From positions 1-28,233 of the IMG/VR virus record IMGVR_UViG_3300046718_000308: a stretch of 28,233 bases of DNA. One strand, 5' to 3'. The notes beneath the pieces are model-generated. The model was not told the origin of the DNA. It saw nothing but the letters and a program-made list of their open reading frames with translations, and did no database searches. Shown piece by piece: positions 7,661-16,497 of the stretch. Origin of the DNA: a virus (Duplodnaviria; Caudoviricetes). The position numbers and the translations under genes are program-made. Each line of letters begins with the position of its first letter. Position 1 is the first letter of the stretch.

Positions 7661-7840
7661 ATGCCGATATTTTGTTATCGCGTCTCGCTGGTGCCGCCAC
7701 GTTTCTGGTTGAAATGGTGGCATTGGCGGCATTGGTCATGGACGCGCATGCGGGCCTGTTCTGGACGATTACTCGGGACGTGGCAACTTGATCTCGGCCC
7801 GCTCTGTGTGCAACGGAGATTCTATGCCCCGCTTTCTTGA
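7661..7840 (+). CDS. Possible 59-aa Trp/Arg-rich protein
   Basis: Not in the ORF track. MPIFCYRVSLVPPRFWLKWWHWRHWSWTRMRACSGRLLGTWQLDLGPLCVQRRFYAPLS*; TATACT at 7641-7646 upstream; overlaps the next gene by 17 nt. Confidence 0.4.
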   Translation: MPIFCYRVSLVPPRFWLKWWHWRHWSWTRMRACSGRLLGTWQLDLGPLCVQRRFYAPLS

Positions 7841-8048
7841 AGACCGTCTGAAGGCGCAAGCCACCAAAGAGGGATTGGCCGGCAAGAGCCTGGCGCACTA
7901 CGTCTACGGATCGCTCAATAACCAAGGCCTGATGTCCGGCAACAAGGAAACGGCCAAGGGGAAAGCCCTCGATCGGAAGCATGCCGCAGACATGACGCAT
8001 CCCGCACGCAACCTAGGCTCCCACTTAAAGCCTCGCAAGCGTGGCTGA
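7824..8048 (+). CDS. Small basic hypothetical protein
   Basis: SD GGAG before ATG 7824; MPRFLEDRLK...YVYGSLNNQGLMSGNKETAKG. Confidence 0.7.
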   Translation: MPRFLEDRLKAQATKEGLAGKSLAHYVYGSLNNQGLMSGNKETAKGKALDRKHAADMTHPARNLGSHLKPRKRG

Positions 8049-8331
8049 CACGGTTGACGACCTCCTGCGGCAGTCGCGCATGGCCCATATGCGCTATCAA
8101 GAGGCGATGCCGCGCATGGTGCCCAACGGACATGGAGGCGTGATGCCCAAGCCCGGGAACCTGCCGGCCATTCAGCCCGCCCTTGAGGAAGCCCAGCGCA
8201 CCCGGCTCGCCGCCCAGGCCTTAGATCCCGACCATCAGGATCCGGCGTGGCAATCTGACTACTCCAAAGGCACCGTCCATGATCAGTTGCTCGCCTTTTA
8301 CGCCGCGGAACTCGCGAAGGTGCCGGCATGA
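8041..8331 (+). CDS. Hypothetical protein
   Basis: 96 aa overlapping both neighbours; ATGA-coupled to the portal gene. Confidence 0.65.
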   Translation: MADTVDDLLRQSRMAHMRYQEAMPRMVPNGHGGVMPKPGNLPAIQPALEEAQRTRLAAQALDPDHQDPAWQSDYSKGTVHDQLLAFYAAELAKVPA

Positions 8332-10769
8332 CCGAGGCTGAGTCCGAACGCCTCCTCAAAGAAATCCGCGAACGCTACGATTCGGCCGATGCGGAGTGGT
8401 CAGACATCGTTGATGAGGGGAACACGGATATGGCCTACGTGGCCGGCGATCCGTGGGACCCGACAGACCGCAAAGCCCGTGAAGACGCCGGGCGCCCCTG
8501 CCTGTCGATGGATGAAGCTGGACAATATCTCAACCAGGTTATCAACCAAATCAGAGCCAATCCCCGGGCCATGAAATTTGCCCCCACCGGCAACGGCGCG
8601 AACGATGCCGGCGCCACGTTCTATGCCAACAAGGCCCGCGAGCTCGAGTATCGCAGCCATGCGCAACAGGTGTATACGACAGCCTTCCAGAACTGCGTGG
8701 AGCGGTCGTATGGCTGGGTGCGCCTGATCACGAAAGAAGAAACGGACACCAGCTTCAATCAAGAACTCTGGCTCGAGGCGATTCCCAATCCTAATATGGT
8801 CCTGCCGGACCCGTTGTTCAAGAAACCGGATTTCAGTGATGGGCGGTATCTGTTCTTCCAGGAGACCATGCCCATCCCCGAGTTTAAACGCCGCTGGCCG
8901 AAAGCCCGGGTCACGAACTTTGATGACCAGGCCCGCACGATTGCCCCGTCATGGTTCGATGCCGAGAAAGAGACCGTGACGGTGGCGGAATACTGGACGA
9001 AGGACGCCAACGGCTCCAAGCGGCTCCTGCTCTATGACGGGAAAGAGCAGATGGAAGATGACATTGATGGAGAGGTGGACGAGACGAAGGTGACCCGCTC
9101 GCGCGAAGTGCCGCAGTATCAGGTCACGCAATACATTACGAACGGCCTCGAGATCCTCGAAACCAACCCGTGGCAGGGGAAATACATTCCCTTTGCCTGC
9201 TGTCTGGGCAAGGTGATTTACGTCCAGGACAAGCGGATTATTCTCTCGATGATGCGCCTCGCGCGTGATCCCATCATGGCCCATGCCTACATGGAAACGT
9301 GCGAAGCCGAAATCGTCGGGAGCGTCCCGCGCAATTCGTGGGTCGGGTATAAGGGCCAGTTTACGAATCCGACCGACTGGCAGAAGGCTGCCCACGAGCC
9401 GGTGGCCTACCTCGAGGCGGAACCGATTGTGGATGCCGCGACGGGGCAAGTGCTGCCGTTGCCGCAGAAGCAAAGCTGGGACCCGCCCATTCAGAACATC
9501 GAGATTGCCATCGAGGGCAAGCGGCGCAGCATTCAGGCGGCCATCATGGGCTCGCCCCTGCCCTCGCAAGCGCAACGGCGGAATGAGAAGTCGGGCATCG
9601 CCCTGCAGCAGATCGAGAAGTCGGGCCAGATCGGCTCGTTCCACTTTGCGGACCACTACGACGACATGATCCGGCAGATCGGGGTCATGTATGAGGACCT
9701 CTGCTCGCACGTCTACGATTCGGCGCGCAATACGGGGATTCGGGATGCGCTGGGGAACGCCTCCGTTGTGCGCATCAACGACCCGAAACCGACCATGCAG
9801 CAATACCCGGATGCGATGGCCTTGCAACAGGCCACGAACGCCTGGCAGGCGCGTCAGCCGGCGGGGGCGAGTCCCGAATATCAGGACATCACGACGAAGG
9901 GCGATTACAACGTTACCGTGTCGAGTGGGCCGGCCGCGGATAGCCAGCGGGAGGCCGTCGATACGTTCATTCAAAGCCTCGTGCAATTGCCAATCGTGCA
10001 GCAGCAGGCGCCGGATCTCATCGTGAAGGCGCAGTCGAGTGCGATGGGTGTGGGGCAGTTAAGCCCGATTCTCGAGGAGCTCGCCGACCGCATTACTCCG
10101 CCGCAGTTCAAGAAGCCGAAGCCGGGCGAAGGGCCTGACCCTCAGCAACTCCAACAGCAGGTGGCGGAGGCCGGGCAACAGGTGCAGCAACTGAACGCGA
10201 TGATTCAGAAGCTGACGCAGGAAATCCAGACCAAACAGGTCGAGCAACAGGGCAAGATCGAACAGGCGCACATCGAGGCGGATAAAGACATGGCGATGGC
10301 GGTCATGGACCACGCCACCAAGCAGCGCATCGCGACGGCGGAACTGGCGAGCAAAGAACGGCAGGCCGCGATGGACCGGGAGACCAAACTCGCGGTGGCG
10401 GAACTCGGCGCGAAGGAAGAGCGGATTCGCCTGTTCATCGAGGAGCGGGCCCGGCTCGGCGCGCAGATCGAGGACGCTACGCAGGAGCACTTGAACCGGG
10501 CGCATGAGGCCGCGATGCTGACGCTTGACCACGCGACGGCGATGGCGCAAGGGGACCAGGCGCATCAGCAGGCCCTTGAGCAAGGCGATCAGGGCTTTAC
10601 GCACGATCTGGCGACTGCGGCCGCCGTGCCCCCGCCCGCCAAAGCGGTGGCCCCCAAGCCAAAGGCTGAGGCCCCGCCGCCGAAACCCTCGAGGACGCGC
10701 CGCACGTTTGAGCGTGACCCGTCGAACGGCTTGATCACGTCCTACACCGATGCGCCCGTGGCGGACTAA
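8328..10769 (+). CDS. Portal protein, P22-like, with long C-terminal coiled coil
   Basis: AGDPW...R...GRPCLSMD...NQVINQIRAN, YGWVRL, VAEYW, WQGKYIPF, NEKSGIAL, GDYNVTVSSGP...SQRE; Gln-rich helical tail; follows terL. Confidence 0.92.
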   Translation: MTEAESERLLKEIRERYDSADAEWSDIVDEGNTDMAYVAGDPWDPTDRKAREDAGRPCLSMDEAGQYLNQVINQIRANPRAMKFAPTGNGANDAGATFYANKARELEYRSHAQQVYTTAFQNCVERSYGWVRLITKEETDTSFNQELWLEAIPNPNMVLPDPLFKKPDFSDGRYLFFQETMPIPEFKRRWPKARVTNFDDQARTIAPSWFDAEKETVTVAEYWTKDANGSKRLLLYDGKEQMEDDIDGEVDETKVTRSREVPQYQVTQYITNGLEILETNPWQGKYIPFACCLGKVIYVQDKRIILSMMRLARDPIMAHAYMETCEAEIVGSVPRNSWVGYKGQFTNPTDWQKAAHEPVAYLEAEPIVDAATGQVLPLPQKQSWDPPIQNIEIAIEGKRRSIQAAIMGSPLPSQAQRRNEKSGIALQQIEKSGQIGSFHFADHYDDMIRQIGVMYEDLCSHVYDSARNTGIRDALGNASVVRINDPKPTMQQYPDAMALQQATNAWQARQPAGASPEYQDITTKGDYNVTVSSGPAADSQREAVDTFIQSLVQLPIVQQQAPDLIVKAQSSAMGVGQLSPILEELADRITPPQFKKPKPGEGPDPQQLQQQVAEAGQQVQQLNAMIQKLTQEIQTKQVEQQGKIEQAHIEADKDMAMAVMDHATKQRIATAELASKERQAAMDRETKLAVAELGAKEERIRLFIEERARLGAQIEDATQEHLNRAHEAAMLTLDHATAMAQGDQAHQQALEQGDQGFTHDLATAAAVPPPAKAVAPKPKAEAPPPKPSRTRRTFERDPSNGLITSYTDAPVAD

Positions 10770-11986
10770 TGCCCGGCCCGCTCGTCATTCAGAAGCCGGA
10801 GCTCAATGCGAGCATCAACCCGCAAGGGGCGTCGGTCTTCGATGCGCCCGGGCAGGGGATGTTGCGCAAGATCGTCGGCTGGCTGGGATTGGATGACCCA
10901 CAACAGATCATGAATGTCGGCATCGCGATGGACGTGGGGCCGATGGGCGGGGGGCTGCTCGAGAAGATTGCCGAGCGGTATCCGCGGTTCGCCAATGCGA
11001 TCAAGGCGTATCACGGGAGCCCGCACGATTTCGAGGCGTTCGATACGAGCAAGATTGGCACAGGAGAAGGGGCGCAAGCCTACGGGCACGGGTTGTATTT
11101 TGCGGAAAATCCGGCTGTGGCGCAGGAATACAAAAAGGCCCTGACTGATTTCGAGGTGCACGAGCCGAGCGGACGCATTATCGGCTCTGGTGGTCCGAAG
11201 CAGACATATAAGGGCACCATCGAGGATCGGGCACTCGCATGGGTGCAGGATGCCGCGAGCCGCAATGACATTGCCGACCCGTTCCAATTTGCGATAGGTA
11301 ACGCACGACGCGGGCTCTCAGATGATGCGAATGGCCAGGCGATTGTTGACCAGATCCGAAAGTGGCAGGATGCCGGAGCGATGATCAAGCCAGGCGGCCG
11401 GATGTATGAAGTGGGGATCAACGCGCACCCCGATCAGTTCCTCGATTGGGATAAGCCGATCAGCCAGCAATCGCCAGAAGTCCAACAGGCTCTTGATCGC
11501 ACCGGGTTGATGCCTGATTTACAGCGCTATGTCTCTGCGAATGCAGCGCGGTATCCAGATGGACCAGCAGGAGCCACGTTGCATGATATGGCCCGCTATT
11601 CGGGTTATTCCAGCCGTGAAATAGCAGACAAATTAAACGAAGCTGGCATTCCCGGCTTCAAGTATCTCGATCAGGGCTCGCGCGCAATGCCCTATCGTGG
11701 CGATCCGGCCTTCCTGCATGCCGCGCAGTCGTTCAAAGACAGCGGCGCCGCGCCAGATGCCGCACTCGCCGGATTGCAATCGGCCTATCCGAAAGCACCG
11801 TTGACGGATTTACACGGCGCCGTGAACGAATTGTATGGCACGAGTTTAGGCCAGACGCGTAACTTCGTCGTGTTCGATGCGAAGACCGTCGACATCCTCA
11901 AGAAGTATGGCCTGCTCTTGCCCGCAGCCGGCGCAGGCCTCGCCGCCAGTCAACCAGCCCCCACGCCGACACTAGGAGATCAGTAA
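10769..11986 (+). CDS. ADP-ribosyltransferase-fold protein (ART-PolyVal-like), possibly virion-packaged
   Basis: AYHGSPHDFEAFDTSKIGTGEGAQAYGHGLYFAE...A..Y, MYEV.I, FLDWDKP, GIPGFKYLD, NFVVFD. Confidence 0.75.
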   Translation: MPGPLVIQKPELNASINPQGASVFDAPGQGMLRKIVGWLGLDDPQQIMNVGIAMDVGPMGGGLLEKIAERYPRFANAIKAYHGSPHDFEAFDTSKIGTGEGAQAYGHGLYFAENPAVAQEYKKALTDFEVHEPSGRIIGSGGPKQTYKGTIEDRALAWVQDAASRNDIADPFQFAIGNARRGLSDDANGQAIVDQIRKWQDAGAMIKPGGRMYEVGINAHPDQFLDWDKPISQQSPEVQQALDRTGLMPDLQRYVSANAARYPDGPAGATLHDMARYSGYSSREIADKLNEAGIPGFKYLDQGSRAMPYRGDPAFLHAAQSFKDSGAAPDAALAGLQSAYPKAPLTDLHGAVNELYGTSLGQTRNFVVFDAKTVDILKKYGLLLPAAGAGLAASQPAPTPTLGDQ

Positions 11987-12523
11987 GTGAGCCGACAATA
12001 CTTTGCCGACGTCAACGCCGATACGCCTATCGCCAACCTGACGGCTGTCACGGCCACGTCAGAAACGGGCCTCTGGGTCGTCCCCCAATACTCCCCGATC
12101 AACGCCTATGAGGCGCGTCCCGGCAAGTGGTGGAAGCTGACCGCGGGCGGGATTATGTCCTTCGCCTCGACGGGCACGCTGACCATTACGCCACGGGTCG
12201 GCACGACGACGAGCGGGATTACCCTCGGCGCGAACGTCGTAGCCGTCACGACGCCCGGCGCGACGACCGCGCATCCCTGGACGATGGAATTTAACCTCGT
12301 CTGCCGCACGTTGGGCGCCGCGGGGGCTAATTCGACCTTTATCGGCACGGGCTTTTTCATCACCGGCACGCCAGGCGCAGCGGGCGCCGCGGTCGCGGTG
12401 TCCTTCGGTGGCACGTCGGCCTCGGCCGATTACACCGTCGCCACGGGGTTGTTTATTGGCTGGACCCTGTCGGTGGCGGGCACGGTGACGCCCCAATACG
12501 TCCATTTTCAGTCGATGAATTAG
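11987..12523 (+). CDS. Beta-rich putative virion structural protein
   Basis: SD AGGAG, GTG start; Thr/Gly/Ala-rich all-beta pattern; lies in the head module. Confidence 0.6.
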   Translation: MSRQYFADVNADTPIANLTAVTATSETGLWVVPQYSPINAYEARPGKWWKLTAGGIMSFASTGTLTITPRVGTTTSGITLGANVVAVTTPGATTAHPWTMEFNLVCRTLGAAGANSTFIGTGFFITGTPGAAGAAVAVSFGGTSASADYTVATGLFIGWTLSVAGTVTPQYVHFQSMN

Positions 12524-12549
12524 AAATGACAAGGGCAGTTTGAGGGGGC

Positions 12550-13749
12550 ATGAGTAAACCCGGAGGCCCGCTGCCGCTCGGGCACGGGCACGGCCCGATT
12601 AAGCCGGCGGCTTTTGTCCACGCCTCGGATCTCGCCCCGAACCCGCCCAATTTCGGGAGTGTGCGCCGCGCCATTCTGAATGGCTTGGTCTCGGCGCAAG
12701 GCGAGGCCACCGGCTGGAACGCGCTCCGGGATCTCATCCCCGATTCCGCAGTCGTCCGGACGTCGGATACCGTCGTCACCATCACGTTGCCGGCGCTCGC
12801 CGGCTATGACATTACCGCCTCCGAAACACTGACCGATACCGTGCCCGCGGTGGCCGTGGCGGCCCAGACCGCGATTGTGGCGACCCCCACGATAGGCATC
12901 ACGGCGGCGCCCATCGTCGCCACGGGCGCGTCCACGGGGGCCTCCACGGTCACGGCCGTGGGCCAAGCGGCCGATCTGAGCACGGGCACGAGTATGGGCG
13001 CCTCGACGGTGACCGTGGTCGGGGCGGCGTCATCACTGGCCACGGGCGCCTCGAGCGGGGCCGCGAGCGTCACCGCGGTGGGCGCCGCCTCAGATGTCAG
13101 CGTGGGCGCCTCGAGCGGCACGGCCACTGTCGTGGGGATTGGCATCGACAACGCGCTGGGCATTGGCGTCTCGGTGGGCGATTCGACCGCGACGGCGGTG
13201 GGACAGGGCACCGCGTCGACGGCCGTCAGTCTCGGCGCGGCCTCCGTCACCGCGGTCGGTCAGGCGCAGGTCGAGGCCACGGGCACCAGCACGGGCGCGG
13301 CCACCGTGCTCGCCCAAGGCCAGACCAGCAATCCGGTGGCGTCCGCTGACGGCCTCGCGACGGTCGTGGGCATCAGTGCGGTCGAGGCCGTAGGCGTGGG
13401 CGTGGCGCAGGGCGATGCGGCGGTGAATGCGTCCAGCCCGCCGACTGTGGCGCTCGGTGGGGGCGGGTATCTGCGGCGGCCAGGCTATCGCTGGGATTGG
13501 TGGTCGGGCTGGAATAAGATCCCCGAGAAGCCTGTCGAGCAGAAGATATCTATTGGTGTCGGGCTCTCGCGCGGGTTTGCGTCGATCGCCAGTCATAGTG
13601 CCGTGCATCGCGTAGTCATGGGCACGGGCGTGGCCGCCGGGCAGGCGATGGTCACCGGCGCGGGCGAGCGCGAGGCCGTGAATCCGTTTGCACGGGCGGA
13701 ACAGGAAGAAGCGTTTTGGATGGGGCTGGATTTACCCTCGGCGGCCTAG
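12550..13749 (+). CDS. Fibre-like protein: 84-aa module plus ~20-aa G/A/S/T/V repeats
   Basis: SD GAGGGGG; module shared with 24245-27256; about 11 GxSxGxATVxAVG-type units; acidic-hydrophobic C-terminus EQEEAFWMGL. Confidence 0.7.
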   Translation: MSKPGGPLPLGHGHGPIKPAAFVHASDLAPNPPNFGSVRRAILNGLVSAQGEATGWNALRDLIPDSAVVRTSDTVVTITLPALAGYDITASETLTDTVPAVAVAAQTAIVATPTIGITAAPIVATGASTGASTVTAVGQAADLSTGTSMGASTVTVVGAASSLATGASSGAASVTAVGAASDVSVGASSGTATVVGIGIDNALGIGVSVGDSTATAVGQGTASTAVSLGAASVTAVGQAQVEATGTSTGAATVLAQGQTSNPVASADGLATVVGISAVEAVGVGVAQGDAAVNASSPPTVALGGGGYLRRPGYRWDWWSGWNKIPEKPVEQKISIGVGLSRGFASIASHSAVHRVVMGTGVAAGQAMVTGAGEREAVNPFARAEQEEAFWMGLDLPSAA

Positions 13750-13755
13750 AAAGCA

Positions 13756-13764
13756 TGCTAGACT
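13756..13764 (+). promoter_or_regulatory. Putative extended -10 promoter (TGcTAGACT)
   Basis: Intergenic TGn-TANNNT ending 9 nt before ATG 13774; no SD. Confidence 0.5.
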
Positions 13765-13773
13765 CTTGCGCAC

Positions 13774-14046
13774 ATGGCCAAATCGGTTCCCGAGAAGCGC
13801 CCGCGCAAGCCGCGCACGCTCGAGGAACGGGTGGCCCATCTCGAACACACCCTCGAACGCGTGGAGCGAATCTTTATGGCTACTGCTGCTGAACTCACGG
13901 CCGCTGTTGCGGCGCTGACCGATGCGGTCGCGAAACTGCCGGCGCCCGTGCCGCAGCTCATTACGCAGGAAGAACTCGACGCGGCCACGGCGGGCGTGAC
14001 GCAGGCGACGACCGATCTCGCCGAGAAGACGCCGCCGACGCCGTAA
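13774..14046 (+). CDS. Small coiled-coil protein
   Basis: LEERVAHLEHTLERVE and LTAAVAALTDAVAKL heptads; second in-frame ATG at 13876 with GGAG upstream. Confidence 0.7.
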   Translation: MAKSVPEKRPRKPRTLEERVAHLEHTLERVERIFMATAAELTAAVAALTDAVAKLPAPVPQLITQEELDAATAGVTQATTDLAEKTPPTP

Positions 14047-14055
14047 CCGACCGAC

Positions 14056-14197
14056 CGCGCGCCTAGATCCTGCAGATCGAATCGTCGGCTCGTCCCCGAC
14101 AGGCGCACGACAAGGACCACACGGGTGACGCCGTGCACATGGCTCGACATACGGGCCCTTTGCACGGCGTTTTCCGTTTGTGGGCGTGATTGGACGC
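14056..14197 (+). ncRNA. Candidate structured cis-regulatory RNA or attenuator upstream of the scaffold gene
   Basis: Three-way junction at 14056-14109, then a long hairpin with perfect 10-bp stem ACGCCGTGCA/TGCACGGCGT (14128-14137/14161-14170) followed by TTTCCGTTT. Confidence 0.55.
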
Positions 14198-14207
14198 AGA
14201 GAGGGCT

Positions 14208-15227
14208 ATGAGCGAGACGGACACCACGACGGCACCCGCGCCGACGCCGACCCAACCGGATACGTCCGAGATCCTGGCGAACGCCTCGCCTAAGGAACTC
14301 GCGGATTGGCGTCAAACAGGCGAACTCCCCCCGATGCCCGTGCCGGCGCCCGTGCCGGATGATGATGATCCCGATGAGCCGGACGACGAGCCGGAGCCGG
14401 ATGTGCAGGCCGCGGTGCCCGCGCGCACCATTTCTAAGCGTCAACAGAAACTCAACGACAAGATCCGCCAAGGCGTCGAGGCCGAACTCGCCCGGCGTGA
14501 GGCGCTCGGCCGTTCACCGGCCCCTGCAGCCCGTCCGGAGCCACAGCCGGCCCCCTCAGCCGCCGAGGATGACCCGGAGCCGCAGCCGACGAACCTGGCG
14601 AAGTATCCCGGCGGCGAATATGACCCGAAATACGTGCGGGATGTCACCGCGTGGGACCGCCGACAGGAACGCAAGCACGACGAGTCGCAGGCGCAGGCGC
14701 GCGTCCAGCACGAGCAGCAGGAAACCTCGTTCCGCACGGCGGTCAAAGCCACGTCCGAGGCCTTTTCGGCCCGGTTTACGGCGGACCCGACGTTCAAGGA
14801 CCAGATCGATCAGGGGTTGATGGAAGCGCTGATTCCCGCCTCCCAACTCCCGGCAGGCATGTCCGTTTTGCCGATTCATATCATTGCCCAGGAATTGCTT
14901 GGCAACCCGGAGACCGCGCCGGATGTCACGCACTATCTCTCGACCCATCCCGCCGAACTCGCGCGTCTCACTGCGCTGGATCCGCGGGGCGTGCCGGTTT
15001 TATCTGTCAACCAACTCATTCGCGAGATGGGACGGATTGAAGCCGGGCTGAAGCGGACGGCTCCGGAGCCGCCCAATACGATTACCTCAGCCCCATCGCC
15101 CCCGACCCGACTCGGCGACCGATCGACCGCTCCGGTCGATGCGGAGGAACGAGCCTTGGAAAAGCGGGATTATGTGGGCTACAAAGCGGCCGCGGATGCT
15201 CGTGATCTCGCCGCCAGGACACGCTAA
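14208..15227 (+). CDS. Capsid scaffolding protein
   Basis: SD GAGAGG, ATG 14208; acidic/Pro-rich N-terminus, coiled coils, YLSTHPAELARL...IREMGRIEA, TSAPSPP; TAATG overlap with the coat gene. Confidence 0.8.
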   Translation: MSETDTTTAPAPTPTQPDTSEILANASPKELADWRQTGELPPMPVPAPVPDDDDPDEPDDEPEPDVQAAVPARTISKRQQKLNDKIRQGVEAELARREALGRSPAPAARPEPQPAPSAAEDDPEPQPTNLAKYPGGEYDPKYVRDVTAWDRRQERKHDESQAQARVQHEQQETSFRTAVKATSEAFSARFTADPTFKDQIDQGLMEALIPASQLPAGMSVLPIHIIAQELLGNPETAPDVTHYLSTHPAELARLTALDPRGVPVLSVNQLIREMGRIEAGLKRTAPEPPNTITSAPSPPTRLGDRSTAPVDAEERALEKRDYVGYKAAADARDLAARTR

Positions 15228-16486
15228 TGCCTGCAAATTTGTTTGAAGTCTCGACGTGGATCTCGATGGAAGTGCTGCGTCAGGTCACCAATCCGATGGA
15301 GTTTGCGCCGTTTTTCAACACCGATTACAACGGCGAACTGACCAAGCCCTACCCGGTCGGCGATTCGTTTCAGGTGCCCTTCCCGAAGGCCTTTCTCCCG
15401 AACGATGACAACACGCTCGGTTATACGCCCCAGCCGATCCAGTCGCGGCACGCGACGGTGACGCTGGACCGTGTGGCCAAGGTGCATTTCGAGTGGGATG
15501 CCCTCGAGGCGGCCCTCCGACTGCCCCGGCCGAAGGAAGCGATTCAGCGCAACATCATCATGCCGGCGAAGCGCGCGCTGCTCGCGAAGATCGAAAGCGA
15601 CTGCGCGAAGTGGGCGTATCTGAATACGCCGAACGTGGTGGGGATTCTCGGCACGAACCCGGCGAGCTTCGACGCGGTGTATGGCGCCGCGGGTCAGCGC
15701 ATTGCGGAAGTCGGCGGGATTGCCGGCGACCACGGCATGTTCCTGACGCCCGGTGTCACGCGTGCCCTCCGAGCCACAGTCGTGTCGCAGTTCAATCCGC
15801 CCGATGCGATTTCCAAAATGTGGAAGTCGGGCTCGATTGGCGAGGCGAACGGCTTCGATACGTATCAGTCGGCCTTCGTCTACCGGCACACGGCCGGCAC
15901 ATGGGCGGGCAACGTGTCGATTACGACGACCCAGACGGGCACGGCGGCGATCAACTCGCTGACCCTGACCTGCACGAACGGCGACACGTTCAAGACCGGC
16001 GACCGGTTCAACATTGCCCTCGTGAACGATGTCAACTACGACACGAAACGCTCGACGGGCACGCTGAAGCAGTTCGTGTATACGGGCGTCAACCAGACGA
16101 TTTCCGGCACCTCGGCCACGATCACGTTCACGCCTGATATCTACGGCCCCGGCTCGCCCTTCCAGAACGTGGATGCGCTCCCGGTCGCCACGTCGTTGCT
16201 GACACTCTGGCCCGGCACCTCATCGCCCAACGGCAAAGTCGGCGCGGTCAACATCGCGATGGGCAAGAATGCGTTTGCGCTCGTGGGTGTGCCGCTCGAC
16301 CTCCCGCCGGTGGGGGGCTCGGTGGTCATCTCCTCGCAGACCCGCGATCCGAACAGCGGCTTGTCGGTCGGCGTGCTGCGCATGTTCGAGCCGACACTGA
16401 TGCGGTGGATCAACCGGATCGATTGTGCCTACGGCTTTGGTAACTTCTGGAATGACCGCGACAGCGTGGCTGTTGCCTCCGCATAA
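15227..16486 (+). CDS. Major capsid protein, P22 gp5-like
   Basis: VGDSFQVPFP, I-domain-like HTAGTW...KTGDRFNI...STGTLKQFV, C-terminal RIDCAYG; 419 aa; follows the scaffold. Confidence 0.9.
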   Translation: MPANLFEVSTWISMEVLRQVTNPMEFAPFFNTDYNGELTKPYPVGDSFQVPFPKAFLPNDDNTLGYTPQPIQSRHATVTLDRVAKVHFEWDALEAALRLPRPKEAIQRNIIMPAKRALLAKIESDCAKWAYLNTPNVVGILGTNPASFDAVYGAAGQRIAEVGGIAGDHGMFLTPGVTRALRATVVSQFNPPDAISKMWKSGSIGEANGFDTYQSAFVYRHTAGTWAGNVSITTTQTGTAAINSLTLTCTNGDTFKTGDRFNIALVNDVNYDTKRSTGTLKQFVYTGVNQTISGTSATITFTPDIYGPGSPFQNVDALPVATSLLTLWPGTSSPNGKVGAVNIAMGKNAFALVGVPLDLPPVGGSVVISSQTRDPNSGLSVGVLRMFEPTLMRWINRIDCAYGFGNFWNDRDSVAVASA

Positions 16487-16497
16487 AGGACAGACCC

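Noticed and set aside
5614-10769. Intein or intron in terminase or portal
   Set aside because: TerL is normal length with contiguous motifs; the extra portal length is coiled coil and low complexity, with no splicing or homing-endonuclease motifs.
14056-14109. Three-way junction as a hammerhead ribozyme or tRNA
   Set aside because: Lacks the CUGANGA and GAAA core and any T-loop/anticodon cloverleaf.
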